From contig NMRA01000487.1 of assembly GCA_002633005.1 (NCBI GenBank), positions 124,001 through 188,000 of the forward strand: DNA of 64,000 bases. Reading direction: 5' to 3'. The notes below the pieces were generated by a model, which did not search any database, was not told where the DNA came from, and saw nothing but the letters and a program-made list of their open reading frames with translations. Origin of the DNA: Phoronis australis (lineage: Eukaryota > Animalia > Phoronida). The translations under genes were made by a program, and so were the position numbers. Of the stretch, positions 1-13,329 are shown in pieces (position 1 is the stretch's first letter; each line of letters starts with the position of its first letter).

Positions 1-1654
1 GAAAAATTGATTTACTGTGTGAGTTATGACATGTGTTACCAGAGTTCTATATCTTGACAATTGACTTAAGACGTAAGTCAGAATTTTTAACATATGCTTC
101 CATATCGGAATTACTTAACAAAGTTTTTGCCTTGTAATTACTAGCAAATCACAGTATTGAAAATTGATTACTAGTTTTTAAATTATCTGAGCCAGTATAA
201 ATTTATTTTCAGAGACCTTGATGTACTTAAGCCTTGGCGAGATAAATTTATTCTTCAATTCACTTTTTACGAAATGGTTCCCAGTTAATTGCATGCTTAC
301 CTGACTGTTTTGAATTAAAGGTTAAGAGAGATTGGCGGGCCCTCAGGATACACCCACTTGGGGGAGGGGTCTAAGCAATCATGTTTCAACAATGAGCGAT
401 AATAAAACTATGGAAAACTACATGTGTTTAGGACAAGTCGAGAGCAGCATAAGCTCGCTTCTTTTGACCAAAAACTAATCTTAAATTGATATTCTTTCAG
501 TCCATCACCAATGTTTTGTTTACTGTGGCAGTAACTATGAAATTGGCTCATTTCTTGGAACTGTTTCCCATCACCTCCCTGTTTTGCCCATTTGGTCTTC
601 TGCGACTGAGTTGAGAGATTTTCTCTTTGTGTCTCGTGCAACTTGCTTCAGTTTCAGTACAATTCTAGGTAGTCTTTTGACTTTCAGATTTATTAGCTTT
701 TCCTTGAAAAGGTGTGCTTTGAATTACTGTTAGTTGGCACCATGCAGTTTGCATTTGTTTAGTTCAGCTTTGTACAAGACGAATGGTCTTGTGACCTTCC
801 TGTATTTGCCAAAAAGAATTTGTGAGGTGACACCTTGTGGGTTGCTACCCTACATGATAATGAATGGGCTTGTTGCCTCTGAAAAGTTTAAAGTTTGGCA
901 TTCAAATTCAAGCATGGTTGAAATTCGTTGACGAAGAGCATTTTTATAAAATTTATGAAGACTGGTTATTTTGCTTGTTGGCTTTGAAACGAGATCCACA
1001 GAATGTTGATTTGCTTAATGTTTATTCTAAACTTGTAAAATGCTTTTTGCTTCTCAAACGTTTCCAAAGTTAGACGCAGCAATACTGTGTGGGAGACTTA
1101 AAATTAACAGCAGAGTTCTAACCCTGTGCAAAGTTAACTTGATGAGAAATTTTTTATGCTAAATTAAGCGTTCAAAGAAATGGCGTAGGTCATTTAAAAA
1201 ATCTGTTCGAGGTCATGCGCAACCATGATCAGAATCCCTTGGGGGTATCTCAGTTCTTGGATTCGTTGTGGACGATTCTGTTCCCATACCAGCAATCTGC
1301 ATTTGTAAGGAAAATGTGATCGTCACAAGATACCGTATTCTGTACTCTGAGCTTACTCTGTAATTCTCTGTCCTTTTGACACATAAAAATGGAATGCTGT
1401 CAGTGTGGGTGTAAAAATTAGAACAACAGCTTCACCATGTCAAGTGGGATAGTCTGTTAGTTCTAATTAACAATGCTAATTTAACATGCTACCTAGAACC
1501 GCTTTACTACACTTGTAAACCACAAACCATAATTTTTAAATAAAGTATGGGTCATGCATTCATTTGAGTTTTTTTACAAAAGTTGGATCTCATGTAAATT
1601 AATAGGTCACAGATGATTTAAAAAGTTGCTGACTACTAATTAAAATATTTAGAA

Positions 1655-1890
1655 GAGGCAGTGTGGCCCGGTTGATAAGTGCCCGCTTTCTTTACTCAAG
1701 GTCGTGGGTTCAAGTCCTACCAGGTCACACTGCCAAACCCTTGAGCCAGGTTTCTAGCTCCTCAGCTCGGTTTTAATCATATATTAATAAAGCATACAAA
1801 ATATTTCCAGGTGATCAGTGCAATGGGCCCACATGCGAGGCCTGCGCACATCTGGTACAACCTGTATCAGACCGCCTATAATTATTTTTT
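1655..1890 (+). mobile_element. tRNA-derived SINE, copy 1
   Basis: A-box-like GTGTGGCCCGGTTGATAAG and B-box GGTTCAAGTCC, then a body shared with 15731-15962 and an AT-rich tail. Probable TSD AATTAAAATATTT at 1638-1650 and 1903-1915. Confidence 0.8.
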
Positions 1891-1984
1891 TATATATTAA
1901 AAAATTAAAATATTTTAAATTCCTGTTACAAAATGCCTATCCTGCCTAATTCTTGACAAGGTGGACCATTTCTGTAGTCAATGT

Positions 1985-2045
1985 GGCAATAGCCAGTTGA
2001 GTCCCTTTGTTCAGTGGAGAAAACTCAGTTCTCAAAATGCGGCAC
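1985..2045 (+). repeat. partial copy of ~100-125-bp hairpin MITE family
   Basis: TTGTTCAGTGGAGAAAACTCAGTTCTCAAAATGCGG matches the copies at 14802-14910, 49730-49830 and 56822-56932. Confidence 0.6.
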
Positions 2046-3768
2046 ATTATATCAGACTTTTACCGAAAATATGTCTTCATTGTTTATTGTTTGGGATCTT
2101 GAAAACAGTTTGGGGGGATGAGCGAGAGCCCGGGGATCCTGCTTTTGACCCTGGGTGTTAGTTACCCTTGTCCCTGGGTGCCTGTTTTATGGAAAGCATA
2201 AAACATGTTCTGTCTTCTGTTTGTTTACATGTGCGATCTGTACCAAAGCAACTAGAGTTGCAATGATTTGATGACTATCGCTGATGTTATTGCTAAAGAA
2301 AAACATCAAATCGATTCCAAGACTTTAACATCAATTCTGTGAACAAATTAAAAATCCACATAAATGAGGCAAAAGTCTCCATGGCTGCACACAGATGTTC
2401 TTCGGGCATTCTTAACAATTTCTAAAGTCACATATTAAATGGAAGATCTGTGTTTTTATCAGGTCTCATTACTCATGTTAGTTAACAGCGCCTTCCCAGT
2501 ACTCGACAATGTCACTTAAAACCGATTGAGAAGATTTGAGTCTCGAATTGGAAGGCGTTGCCAATTAATCGATACTGAATTTTTATCCGATTCCTGCCAC
2601 TAATAGAAACACTAGTCAGAAAAGGAAGCATAGTTAACGGTGATAGCTATACCTGGCAAGAGCTGTGCCTGCCGTTCCAGCTGCACTCATTAATCAGTCA
2701 TTAATAGGAATATGTTATAGCTAACTGCATTACTGTCATATTAATTGGATAAAGCATTCAATATACTGCCATGCACTAGTCCTCTTGTCTGATTGAGTTC
2801 TGCTGCTGCAGCCAGTGCCATCATGGTATCGAGAAGAAATCACCAGACTTTTATATTTAGTTTCATATTGACAGAATTTTAATTCCGTCTCGGTCATTAA
2901 AACGGTTTAGTCACCATTTGAAAGTTGCCAAAAATCTATGTATTACATCTTTGTATACAAATGATTTTTATCAATTTTGTTTCACACATTATTGGATGGC
3001 TTTACTTGAAATTCATTTTTCAAAGGCGTTAATTATTAAACATCAGGGTTAGTAATGGAGACTGTATGCATGGATTTAATTTAATGGGGAACATTAGGAC
3101 TCTGATGTCTTAAGCCACTTATAATTATGAGATATGCCTGACTTATTGATTACTGATAATGATGTCGATGATTATCTTGGCTATGATTGTGAGGCTGTGA
3201 TCGTCTGTGATGCTCGGTTGCACGATATTACTCCAATTTTCACAACAGTTCTCTAATGTTCAGTAGAGTTTTCCAATGTTCATAACAGTTAACTCCAATG
3301 TTCTCTACAGTTTTGTCATTCATTGAACCTTCTCCGTGTTGTCCTTTGACAGGATTGAACATCTATTTTGGCCATATTTTTGTATTTCTTTACCTAAAAA
3401 TGATCTTAATTTACCTATCAGAAGATAAATAATTCGAAAACCCACCAGTTTTATTCCACAATATATCATTGTATTTGAGTTTCGTTTCATTGTAATGAAA
3501 CCAATTGGCTAAATAATTTACCTTGATTCTGACAGAGGAAGTTCAGTAACCAGGCTGCTGTCTTGCAGTCACTTGTGTATGGTAGTTTGCTTAAAATGCT
3601 TGCTTTCGCCCATTAGGTCTCTGTTATTCCTCAACTTAGTGCCTTGAATTATTTAAGTGTGCCTGCTGTTACTACAAGAAACTAATTATAAGTGAATTAG
3701 TACTCTTACATGTGAGTCTCCACTGTGTCCGACAGTCAGTCGCTCGCTGTTTCATTCTGCCTATCTTA

Positions 3769-4255
3769 AGGTGCTTTCTCACTAGGGGAAGTTCGGTTTA
3801 CTGAAGCTTCGCCGAAACTCGCTTACCTTTCTGACTAGACAGTGCTATCGCAGTTATCGCTAAGATATCAGATGGCGCAGTTCATTTGTTCTGTCAAACA
3901 AATATTGAGTAGTGGGTTCGAGGTTTACTGAAAATTGTATTCCGAGTGTTTATGAAAATGATACGTGTCATTCTTCATCAGATATGCTTTCTTTTATTTA
4001 TTTACGTGTGTCTATTGAGAGTTTGTCGGCTATGCTCAAAGAACATGTTTTGCGAGTGTCGCGTGATTGTATAACTTCGCCGAAGTTTTGCTCTGACCTT
4101 TCCCACTACACCGAAGTTTCGGTGAGTAAGGAAGCTTCGTTTTTAAATCCAGCTATTTTCTGCGAAGTTTCGCTTGCAGATTAACTATCGGAGTTAACGT
4201 CTCCCACTTACCAAAACTTTGGTAAAAGCAAAGTTTTTCCTTTAATGGGGAAGCG
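3769..4255. mobile_element. degenerate PIF/Harbinger-like MITE
   Basis: Left end TAAGGTGCTTTCTCACTAGGGGAAG with a degenerate inverted right end (..TTTCCTTTAATGGGGAAGCG); internal repeated CCGAAGTTTCG motifs; CpG-richer than flanks. Confidence 0.45.
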
Positions 4256-4260
4256 AAGTG

Positions 4261-4425
4261 TTTTTCATGTGTTCACGTCGATGTGTCATGTTTTGAGGAG
4301 TGTTGGGTTATTGTCAATAGTTAACTTCAGTCCCAGATCAAGATTAACAGTGCATGTTAAATTCACAGTTAACTGGTGGATTTGATAGCTGGGTGTCTGC
4401 ACTTCGATGTGGTTTAAACGGTTAA
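4261..4425 (+). repeat. degraded 5' fragment of the Harbinger-like MITE family at 19890 and 26936
   Basis: Colinear similarity (TTTCAT..ACGTCGA..GGAG..TTAACTTC.GTCC..GTTAA..GGTGGATTT) to 26941-27105. Confidence 0.55.
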
Positions 4426-6939
4426 TGTTTGTGTCATCAAGAGTTATTGGTAGGGGTTACTGTCAGTGACGGCATCCATGTTGTGGTATTATTTCATATC
4501 TTTCAAATATTCTACCACTGCAAGCACTACAAATGAAGCATTCAAGAAATATAAGAAAGGCTAATATGGCAAATTATTTTTTGCCCCAAATTAGTGACAT
4601 TTTACCTGATACCCCTTCACAAAGAGGCTAAACACTAAACACTAGCGTTTTTAGTTCAACTTTTGGCTACTAAACAAAAGCACCAGTCCATAATGTGAAC
4701 TGTTGCAAGAGTTGCATTTGCTAATGCTTTGTTGACAGCTTGTTGTAGCCCCAAAATGTCTGTAGCCAGATTATTTACTTCAAAGGACATACATGTATAA
4801 AGGGGGGGAGGGGGGGGTCTGGTCTGGTGAGTGAAATACTGCTACTGTTGTGTAATGGGAATATATAACCTACTGGTGCCTCTCCAGCATAGACTTAACA
4901 CAACCAACCAGTTGAAGAAGTACAAAACTAAGGAAACTGTCAGAAATCTTGCATGCCTGTGAGTTCATACACCTGTGGGAAACATCCTCACGCCAGCTTG
5001 ACCATATGTAGTCACCCAGATATGACTGAGATCTGAAATCACCTTTGAAACTGCAAGACATGTGTTGCAGATGACTGATGATCCTCTGTTAGGATATAAT
5101 GCTGTCTGACACATTGTGTATATAATTAGCAAAAAACATGAATCTTGGGTATTCAAGTTGTTTTGCATAGCTTGCCTATATCTTTGCGTCTCTACCAGCA
5201 TGGCAAATAATAAAGGTAATTATCAACGTTCATCAAGGGTCACGTTTCAACACTTAAACGTATATACATATTTTTTGAATTCTTGATGGCTAATAGCCTC
5301 TATTCATGTCATACAATCAAAAATGACATGACTTAATACTCCGCACGTATTTTTGGAATCGGGTGATTGAAAACACTGAATCCAAAGGTAGACACATCAC
5401 ACAGTTGTACATGATCCGACCACTATTTTATGTTGGCATTGTCATTTTATCATGAATTTCTAGGAAGCTTATCTGTGCGAGACTGCATCTTTACTGTGCT
5501 CTTATTGTCCATACACAGGGAAAGATTTTTATTTACCATCAAACAATAGAGATATCAGCCATCAAAGTCGCCTTCTGAAACTACGTCTCAAGTTTTCATT
5601 TTGATGACCGTTGTGTGATGGAAAATCAAAATTATGAGACATGATTCTCTCGGCCACAGACCATACAAGTTGCCAAATTTCTCGCGAATTGACCCACACA
5701 ATAAAGAGAAGTGGACGTTCAAAACTGTTGAAAACCTTGATAATCAAAGTGCCTGAAGCTATCCTATAATCATTTATCACGTAGAAATCAATAGAAATTG
5801 TCTCAAGCACCGTGCATATTTCTTGGCTTATAAATGATGAGTGTAAAGGAATATATGGATAGCAGTGAAAAATAAAGATATAATTTTATGCAATATGTGA
5901 AAGTAACATATTTGAATTTTTTCAGAAAAGCTGACAATTGCGTCAAAGGCACGAAGTTGGTTTTCCAATGTTTACATACAGCAAGTTGTATAAGCATACT
6001 TGTATGGTGTTCAGTATTGTATCATTGACTACATGCACCACTTGTGTGCTGTGAGTTTAGTTTAATATTGAGCTGAAGGACCCCTTATTTGTTGATGGTT
6101 ATTGATTCTTTGCGGGTTGTAGTTTCCCTTAAGGGGATAATAATGGGGATAATAATTTTAATGAGCTTTGTGCTGTTGCATTTAGCTTTTTTCATGTTCA
6201 TGAGTAATTCAAAGGCCAAAAACAAGCAATTCAATGGCTGAGTGAATTCCTTTGCCATAAGAAAAATGGGCTAAGAGTTTGTTATTTAAGTCAAACCATG
6301 TGTATTTTTGTTGGCTAGGCATATCCCCATTATGCTTTGTACTTTGATGTTAACAAAGTTATTATAACTAATGGTGCTTCTCACACTTGACTGGCTAATT
6401 TGACAAAAATCAAAATAAACAAGTGGAAGGGTGAACAAATCTTTTGAGGGAATGCATGGTTCTGATATTGGTTTTTGATATCGGTGAGGTAGTTTTCAAA
6501 AAAGTTTAGACATTGGCGACTGCAATTTCAAAACAAAACTTTCTGGGTAACTTTCAAATGAGTTAATGTTATTTTGCATCCGGCTTTGTTCTGAGTTTTC
6601 ACCACAACCTGACAATATCTTTTTTGCTAATTACTACATACATGAAACAATCTAAAAAACAACATTTAGGTATACCAAAGATTATAGTTGTGCAGCTTTT
6701 TCACCATGGTGGAATGATTGATAGCTGAAATGTTTTTTATTTTAAAAAACTGTCAGTTCCTGTAAAGTTGACCCTCATTCATTTTCAGGATAAATTTTAA
6801 TCGGTGATAACGCCAATTTAAGCAAATTTTAGAGCTTAAAATCCAACTAGGTAAATGGCTGAGTATTTTAAGCGTACTAAACCGAATGTTCGCCAGACAA
6901 CGGGCGAGTATTGGTGAATTGTAGAAAAATCATGAAAAC

Positions 6940-7040
6940 AATTTTTTTTTGCATTTTATAGCTCCCGTCAAAGCTATCGCATCCAAAAATTATCCCAAAA
7001 ATGCATTTTTCGGCTGTAAAACCTATACTGTCCCACTAAG
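6940..7040 (-). repeat. old DNA-transposon terminal fragment (same family as 20601-20720)
   Basis: Reverse complement GTTTTACAGCCGAAAAATGCATTTTTGGGATAAT..TAGCTTTGAC matches 20613-20700. Confidence 0.55.
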
Positions 7041-8866
7041 ATATTTACCTTTGCATTATTTATGTACAAAGACACATTTCACCAGAACCTCATTATGGCC
7101 TGTCTAACTGTTTTCCACATTAGCAGACAACCTGTTGATAGAGGTCATGGCAATCTGTGAGGTTCTGTTTATTGTTTCACTCAGTCTGATGTCCCTTTGA
7201 AAAAACATATTAGATCACTGTAGGACTTGGAATGTTAAATTCATTGTTTTGAGTTATGGCTTTCTTTATTTACAATAATTGTTTTGCCTTAGGAATTTTA
7301 GGTCTGTAGTTTTCATTATTTGCTCAGTTTTAGGTTGCATGTAAAGGTATATACTGGTACTGGAGCTTTCTGACTTTCATAAATGTATATGTGTTAATGT
7401 TACTTGTAACTAGATCAAAAGCATATCCTACGGACATAGGTCTTATCGTTGGCAGCTGCAAAGGAAATAAAACGACAATAGCGTGAGGAAATATTGAGTT
7501 TATTAATTAACCCTGGTAATTATTATTATACGGCCGAAACAAGATTTGACATTGTGTGTAGTTTTAGTTTGTGTATGTGTGGGGGAGGGCTCAGAAGTCT
7601 AGACTCAAGGGCGTTTTTAGTGGCTAGTTGACGAGTTGAAAATTTGCCGTGCAGCGGCGTCGGATTCCAGAATGCGATGTGGGTCGTGGGATTTTGCTGC
7701 GCTAGTCGTAAATAGCGACCTGGCCAAAGCAGAGTCGTCGAGGGATTAACATACTTTATAAATCTAGGAAAAGGATTATTTTCAGAGGTAAAAACTAAAT
7801 TTCCCCGCAGTGGACCTCCCTCCATTCGGCATTACGCGCCTCTACAATCGCACAAAATGTTGCTACCCCCATTATGATATTCTAGATCCACCACTGTTCT
7901 TTGACTAACACAGGGTGTTTAGTTAACTCAAAAAGGGGAATACCAGGTACAGGGACTCCATAGGCAGTCATATGGGAGTTGAAGTTGCCATCTGTTTATG
8001 TCAGTTGGCCCAAATCAACTAGGTTTTCTATTCATAGAACACAGTGAGCTATCAGGGTTGGTCTGGGTAGGTTTGTGTTTGATTTCTCAATTGATTATTT
8101 AATCTTGAGGAAAACAACTGTTTTTAGGGTTAATTTTAGTTAAAACACAATTTTTGATCTTCCTAGATAATTTTTGATTGTGAAAAATCAGCCATCATAG
8201 AAAGATAAAAGATGAAGAGCGAGCTTCAAAATGCATCAAAGAAGGCAAATAAATAGATTAGCAAGTTTTTTGCTCAAAAGACTCTGCAAGCATATGCCAT
8301 ATGGTCACGCCAAAGTCAAATCTGTCCACCTAAAACGCAAATTATGAATCACATTTACAAGTCTACTTAAGTTGTTTGTGATGTCACTGGAGGTTTATGA
8401 ACCAACAATTGCCCCACAATGCATATGACTAATGATGACAGCATCATAGATAAAATCTCCCAACTGCATAGAGAATAAGCACTTTTAGCCTCACAATTCA
8501 AAACCAGGAAAAGCTTGTGATGAGTTGTGAATGTCCATGGTGATGAAGCTACATGTTTCCCCTGTTGTAGTATCATTGGCTGATTGATGAAAACTAAGTA
8601 TTGCATTACAAACAAGCCAAATATTGATTTACTAGGCATCTGTGACAAACACACTCAATCATGTGCCACTCTGGTATCTATTGTACAAACTGTGATAAAT
8701 GCATCGCCGTTTGCGCTTATAAAGATGATTATCGTTTTTTTTTAAATGCAGAAATTGACCACCCTAGTTTCAGTTGCAACTGTTCTTGCCTAGGGGAAAT
8801 GCATATCAATAAATAGGATACCTATTAGTATTAGATACTTTGTAAATTGTGAGTGTGTAATTTCTA

Positions 8867-9030
8867 CAGTAGAGTAAACCCCTCCAATTTGAGCAGTCTC
8901 TAAAATTTGGGACACTGAAATTGAAGTAGAAATTGAAGTTTTTATTGATTCTGAAGATAGGAACATGGTTGATTTTCAAGCTTCACCATATAGCTCAAAT
9001 ATTGAACACTGTGTTTTGTATCAAGAGAAT
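8867..9030 (+). mobile_element. Tc1/pogo-like MITE fragment (TA|CAGT terminus)
   Basis: TA-CAGTA terminus; colinear with 14390-14640 (+) and 58225-58547 (-). Confidence 0.6.
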
Positions 9031-9661
9031 TGGAACATTTTGCTCAGGTACTGAACTCATTGGGTTAGGTCAATTAAGATGGTGGTGCCCACTTTGTTAA
9101 ATGGTAAAAATTCAGAAGTTGAACGAACTGAGTGCTCAGGTACAGTTCTACTCGGCGTTTATCACTGCTCAAAATCAAATGGGAAGCTTAAATGTGAACA
9201 CATTATCTGAGAGTCTGCGTATCCATAATTTGTCTGTCCGTAGTAAAGGTAGCCCAACTTGTGGATGAATGAGCTCAACCCTGAACGTGTCATTGATCTT
9301 AATTCTTGATTTTCAGACACCTAATATTGTTTATCTATTACCGGTATATAAAATGCATCGTTCGCACAAACTTCGTCTCCCCGCTCCACTACAGACCTTT
9401 GTTGCACCCATTTCGGCACCGCCTTGGTCCTAGGTAGTGCACTGGCCCCCTATTCAGGTTTGAGATGTTCTGTTTTTCCTCGCGGGCCGTTTTTTCGCAG
9501 ATGCGGAGGGCGGGTTGCCAATTTCGTACTAGCCTTGGTGACGTGAGTTCGTCGGCTTAACAGCCTGGGTGATGCCACTCTGTCGGCTTAATTCCACTCC
9601 CTCTGTCGCGTATATAATTCATCGGGTCTGTCGCCACGGAAATTAATGATGTCATTAAAAA

Positions 9662-10250
9662 TACACTCTTCCTTGAGTAAACTAAATTATTTACTAGTGA
9701 ATTGGCATTCTGCTGTTATTCTGCTAATAAAACTGTGATACACTCTTTTGATGCTTTCGATGTCATTGCATCACCTATTGACCAATTTCCCTGATTCTTC
9801 AATCAACTGTGAGGTTGCTTACATGTTTTAACAATTGAAACTGGTTTCATTTCATTACAAGTTTTTAGTATTTTAATACCAGAAAACCCAATTTCAGAAC
9901 AAACTCCTGAGAGATATTGCAAAATTTTAGGAAATGGCGTGTGCACGTGTCATGAGTATGCACTGTTTTAAAAACGATGACAGGCTTTTCTTTGCGGAGA
10001 ATTACGCAAAAATAACATTTATTAGATTGTTTTTTTTTACTTCAGTAAACAGTAACAGGCAAGGTGAGTGTCGGTTGATTACCAGATTCTGCATGCACCC
10101 CTGCCGGTCATTAGCTCTATATATAAGTTTCGCGACAAGGTGACGAGCTGAGCGCCATGGTTGTGGGAAATTTCGGTGTCCAACGGAGCTCAATACACGA
10201 CTAGCTAGCTGTATGTTGACGATAGTCTTCATACAACTGTAACTGGCTTC
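9662..10250 (+). repeat. unclassified interspersed repeat, copy 1
   Basis: Colinear diverged similarity over ~600 bp with 36324-36935, e.g. GAGTAAACTAAATTATTTA, AATTTCAGAACAAA, AAAATTTTAGGAAATGGC, GCAAGGTGAGTGT, AACGGAGCTCAATA. Confidence 0.75.
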
Positions 10251-10804
10251 CTATCTCAGTAATGTACATTGATGTTGCCACTTGTAAATACAGTTATATA
10301 CTTTGTGTACAGTACCGTATTTTTAAATGCTTTCTTAGTTTTCCGTAAAGAATATCTGGTTACCGTACTTTGTGTTACGGCAGCGACAAATGTTCTGGAA
10401 AAAAATTTGTATTGCCTAGGGAAAGAATCCTGCAGTGGCACACCTTGCCAACTAAAATCTGACAGTGACAGAAATTCTGATTGAAGCTTTGAACACAGTC
10501 TCTTCAAAGAGTATTCCTGTCTCTTGCAATGAACACTAATGTTCACGTGAAGGTGTAGCTGTTTCCCCTCGGCATTTCCCACTAGCTGCTAATTTCTATT
10601 ACCAGTAATAAAATTTCACTATCCCTGGATATGTATTGAGTTGGTCCTGTTTGTTGTGCAAGACAGTGGGTGGTTCATCCTGTTGTGCTTCACTGACAGG
10701 GTATTGAGGTTATGGTCACTCTGATGAGAGATTACACTGTTAGCTACCTTTAAAGTCCTTCTCTCACGCGTTGTTAACCCTTATTACATGGTTAGAGGAT
10801 GTTA

Positions 10805-12190
10805 TAAGGATCCAAGAAGTACCTACCCCATAACTAATACACGATCCGTACTCGAAAAAAAGTTTAAATGAACGCGCCACTCACGATTCGCACCCGAAGA
10901 ACCACGGCACTTTTGAACTTGCCGCGAACCCGGAAGTACAATTCATTCAGGAACCCAGGCTAAGAAAACGCCGTCAGTGTGAGTGCCTGTTACCAGCCTG
11001 CAAACGGGGATAAAATAATCGACAACGCGCCTTAATTTTAATAAAATTAAAATACGGACAATTTTATCGAATTTGCTGAAGAAATGTGGCGAATAAATTT
11101 TGACAGAAATTATTTTGGCCAGACTTGGGACCGCAGCCTATCGGACCCGGTGCCGATCGAGACCAGACACTGGCGAACGGTAAATGCATGCGGTTGGAAG
11201 CTCTTTTGTCGAAGTAAAATGGTCAAATCATAAATGCTGCATATATTCAAGGGTAGTTTCAGACACTTGCATGAAATTACGGGCTGGTTAGTACATCTTA
11301 TATTTTTGCACAAAAAACACGGAAATTGAACAAAGTTTCTTTTTTGTAGCAACATTTGTCAAAATGTATCAACGTTAAATCTTCACAAATTACAAAGTAG
11401 CCGATTGAACATGCCTTTCAGTTCAGCAAAAGTCGCCTTGTTGTCGGTGCCNNNNNNNNNNNNNNNNNNNNNNNNNNNNNNNNNNNNNNNNNNNNNNNNN
11501 NNNNNNNNNNNNNNNNNNNNNNTGTTGGCGAAAACAATTTACACAAAGTTTTAAACTCGTAACTTATCCCGCTGTCCTCCAATATGGCCGACGCGATCCA
11601 AACAAAGTGACCCAAATTTCGCCACAAAACTTGCAATAACTTTACACTGCTTGCCCCGATTTTTATACTTTTTCGATTTTTACTGAGTAGAATGCACTAC
11701 CTTTCTGATGATAGCAAAGTACTTGTTCAAAACGAGAAAAAAAAATAAAACCGAAAAAAATTGGTTCGACTCATATTGGTTCCTAGGTTCGACCGGCCTA
11801 CGTAAGGAACTAAACACCAATGCTATTTTAACATACTAAGTACGCGTAACATTCCAAAAAAGAAATCAACGACCACTAACTACAAACTATAAATACAGTA
11901 CATATGCAAACGAATCACGAGATATTACTAATAAAACAAAATAATGAAGACTTTTCGAGCAAGCGATAGCGCATTCAGTTACAATGAAAAAATGGCGGCG
12001 TTCAGGACAAGTTCCTGAACTGATGAGCCGGAAATGTGGGTCTGGAAATAACCGATGACAACCGGTAATCATACGCTCAGAGAGAAGGGTCAAATACTGT
12101 TCAAAAATCGCTTTTGGCAAGAAAGGCGAAAAGAATATAAAGAAAGTGTGTCGAAAATAAGATTTTATGTAGTAAGTATTTTCAGATACT
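10805..12190. mobile_element. CpG-rich transposon-derived segment (unclassified; spans assembly gap)
   Basis: Sharp rise in CpG; weak inverted similarity of the ends (GGATCCAAGAAGTACCTACCCCATAA versus revcomp GTATCTGAAAATACTTACTACATAA); internal CCGGAAGT and AAAATGGCGG motifs; N gap at 11452-11522. Confidence 0.35.
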
Positions 12191-12854
12191 GGAACCACAT
12201 GGGCAGTTTGAGAGAAGGACTTTAAGCTTGTTGGAGATTTACAATTAAGGTGGGGGTGATACAGTAACCTGATTAGCATCCGATTCAGCATTTTTGCCGC
12301 TGACCTTATCCCTGTTATTCTGCCATCCTGTTTGCCATGTCTTTCTCAGGTGTTTAACTCAACAGTCACTGACAAACTATATGGCTGTTACCTGCTGTTG
12401 TATTCACTCTGCGTGCACTTCAAGGTGTACATTATCAAGCAACTGTTCTTGTGTTACTGACCCTGTGTGGAAATGACTGACTGTGCCACATATTTCTGAA
12501 GAGATCTTGATTGGTACATGCAGTGCATTGTATAAGCTAATTACATTGGGTTGTAGCACAAATGTTACTGACCCCAGGGTCCTTTACACTGTGCCCTTCT
12601 AGCCTGTGTTTCTGGTGTGCCAATTTATTCTTTGGAGTGCTTCTGGTGAACTGTTTCCCTGTATGAGGTGTATCTTGTGTAAGAGAAATTTTCCCTTTGT
12701 TTTCTTGTGATGCTCTTCTTGCCAAAAGTACCACAAAAAGAAGTTAATTCATCTCTGTTTCATTTCGAAATCAATCTTTAAGATTTCAACTGTATTTACA
12801 ATTTCCTCCTTGATGTGAACCCACACGTGAACACTCACTTGAGTGCCCCCACAC

Positions 12855-13329
12855 CAGGCCTTTATCCAGGATTTTGAAAATAGGGTGTCCAAAATGGGGT
12901 TCCCAATATTCCAGGGCGTCCATGATTCCGACGCGTAACCCCCCACCCCCAGCAATAGCCCCAAACACACATTTTTTTACAAAAAATGCATAGATCAAGG
13001 TTTTTACATCTAAGTTTATAAAACAGCCTTCTGTGGTGAGCATTTTTACAAAAAAAAACTGTGTAGACCAAGACTTTTACAATGCTGTCAATCAAGTGTC
13101 ATAGCAACAAAGCATATACTTTGTATATGCATTGTATATTTCTTCCCGCTTTGAAAAAAGAGCCCCCACTGTGAGCCTTCAGAAGCTTCCTAGTATTCAT
13201 TACAATGTGTGTGTCCAAACTTGAAAGGTTCCTATTGACAGTGGGCGTCCAAATGATACATTGGGCGTCCTTGCCAGAGCAGCCAGATTAGTGCTAGGAC
13301 GCCCAGGACATACGCTGCATAAAGGCCTG
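12855..13329. mobile_element. hAT-type MITE (475 bp)
   Basis: 15-bp TIR CAGGCCTTTAT(C/G)CAG; perfect 8-bp TSD CCCCACAC at 12847-12854 and 13330-13337; subterminal GGGCGTCC repeats. Confidence 0.85.

Noticed and set aside
1655-1730. tRNA gene
   Set aside because: A and B boxes are present but I see no convincing cloverleaf; it continues into a body shared with another copy and is flanked by TSDs, so it is a SINE.
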